Below, piece after piece: positions 62,773 through 64,000 of a stretch of 64,000 nucleotides of DNA; the first letter of the stretch is position 1, and each line of letters starts with the position of its first letter. Under the pieces are notes generated by a model. That model searched no databases. It was not told the origin of the DNA and saw only the letters and a list, made by a program, of their open reading frames with translations. The translations under genes and the position numbers were made by a program. The DNA comes from Diadema antillarum (lineage: Eukaryota), in NCBI RefSeq assembly GCF_040938485.1, contig NW_027271250.1, positions 806,001-870,000 of the forward strand, read 5' to 3'.

Positions 62773-64000
62773 CAACACTCGTCGATATCCTCCGCTTCCA
62801 TCTCTTCCTGCGCTCCTCTCTGCAAGACACTTTCACTCCATCTTAGTCGATGAATCAACTCATCTTCACATAATACATTAAGTCTCGTCTCTGTCTGACG
62901 GAGATCAAAGAGACTGTACATGTTTTTCTCTTCACTCTACCCACACACCCTATGTAGCCGAACCAAGGGACTCACAGCACCTTGCAGGTCAAAGGTCAGC
63001 AGAGTTCTTTGATGACATTCTGTACTCCACAAGTGAAACTCTGTTGTTTCTTGAACAATCTGTTGGACTTGAACGAGTCACATCCTGAGTCTCTCTCGAT
63101 TTGAATAGGTGAATACCGTGCTGTGTGGTGTCCCTTGGGGATCTAGTGTCTTTGCACCTATCTGGTGGCTGTTTTGCTTCGCAAGAAATGCAACATCACT
63201 GTGCTGAAAATGCAAGCAAGTACTTGCTACATGAGTTTATGTTGAGGATATGAAATGTAAGACTTTTGATGTAAGATTGTCAAATGAGTTGCATGTCACA
63301 GCTAGAAATATCACCATTCCAATCATTTACTATCTATGTGATGGTAAGGCTTATGCAATTAGAGTAGTAAGAGATACCTGTTATCGTGATTCATGGTAAA
63401 CTATGTCTTTAATGAATATGACATCCTCGGAATCATGTAGAGCCTTGGTGTCACTTGTCCTGTTAATTTGAAGGAAGTTTGAAATGACAATATTCCACAA
63501 TTACAAGATTACAGCTGTAGATAGAGTATGTACAGGACTCTCTGATGTCAATGATGATTTTGCTCTTAAGAGTTGAATTGAGATGTCAAAGAGAAATTTC
63601 TCTGTGACATGTGATACTGTCTAATGAGAAGCAGAAAGGCTCTAGTGTCATAGCCAGGTGTCAAAGACTTGCTAGTTTGCTGCTGGATATGACAGTGTGC
63701 ATTATTTGTGCATAATTAATACTATGCATACTAATATATATGCTACAATACACTGATATAATGTATAACATTCTAATTAGGGACCTTAGGTGGTTAATAG
63801 ACTCATAAGGAATTTTAAGAGTCTATTGATACTTGCTGTATTAAATTGTAGCTGTTTTTAAATCAAATCACCTGCACTTTGGCCACATTGACATAAAACA
63901 TGTACAATCACAGTGATAACAAGGGCCTATATTTCGGAGTTGATTAAAAAAAAAAACACCAAACGCTGATATGATATCTCATTATTGCCTGTATAGGTAG

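Noticed and set aside
62523-62921. Overlapping 107-aa (+) and 104-aa (-) ORFs
   Set aside because: Shadows of the GC-richer terminal exon and UTR

Overview
Eukaryotic, AT-rich, repeat-laden genomic DNA with three N-gaps. It is probably a marine invertebrate deuterostome such as a sea urchin; this is inferred from the repeat types and gene style only. The dominant feature is a + strand integrin alpha-subunit gene. I can splice 24 GT-AG exons between 29711 and 62772 into one phase-consistent open frame (3241 nt, about 1079 aa). It runs from the first FG-GAP repeat through thigh, genu, calf-1, calf-2, the TM helix and a KCGFFKR tail. There is no I-domain, and the propeller resembles alpha4/alpha9. 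The signal-peptide exon could not be found. The left ~29 kb has no intact gene, only decayed rhodopsin-type GPCR-like remnants, MITEs, Helentron-type (DINE-1-like) elements, microsatellites and a near-perfect 539-bp tandem duplication. Introns hold nested transposons, a tRNA-derived SINE and a 5'-truncated non-LTR retrotransposon. I see no clearly new biological system. The best leads are the atypical integrin features, the GPCR remnants, a 3.5-kb TIR element with a 4-bp TSD and an internal 14-mer array, and a MITE family with 5-bp TSDs.
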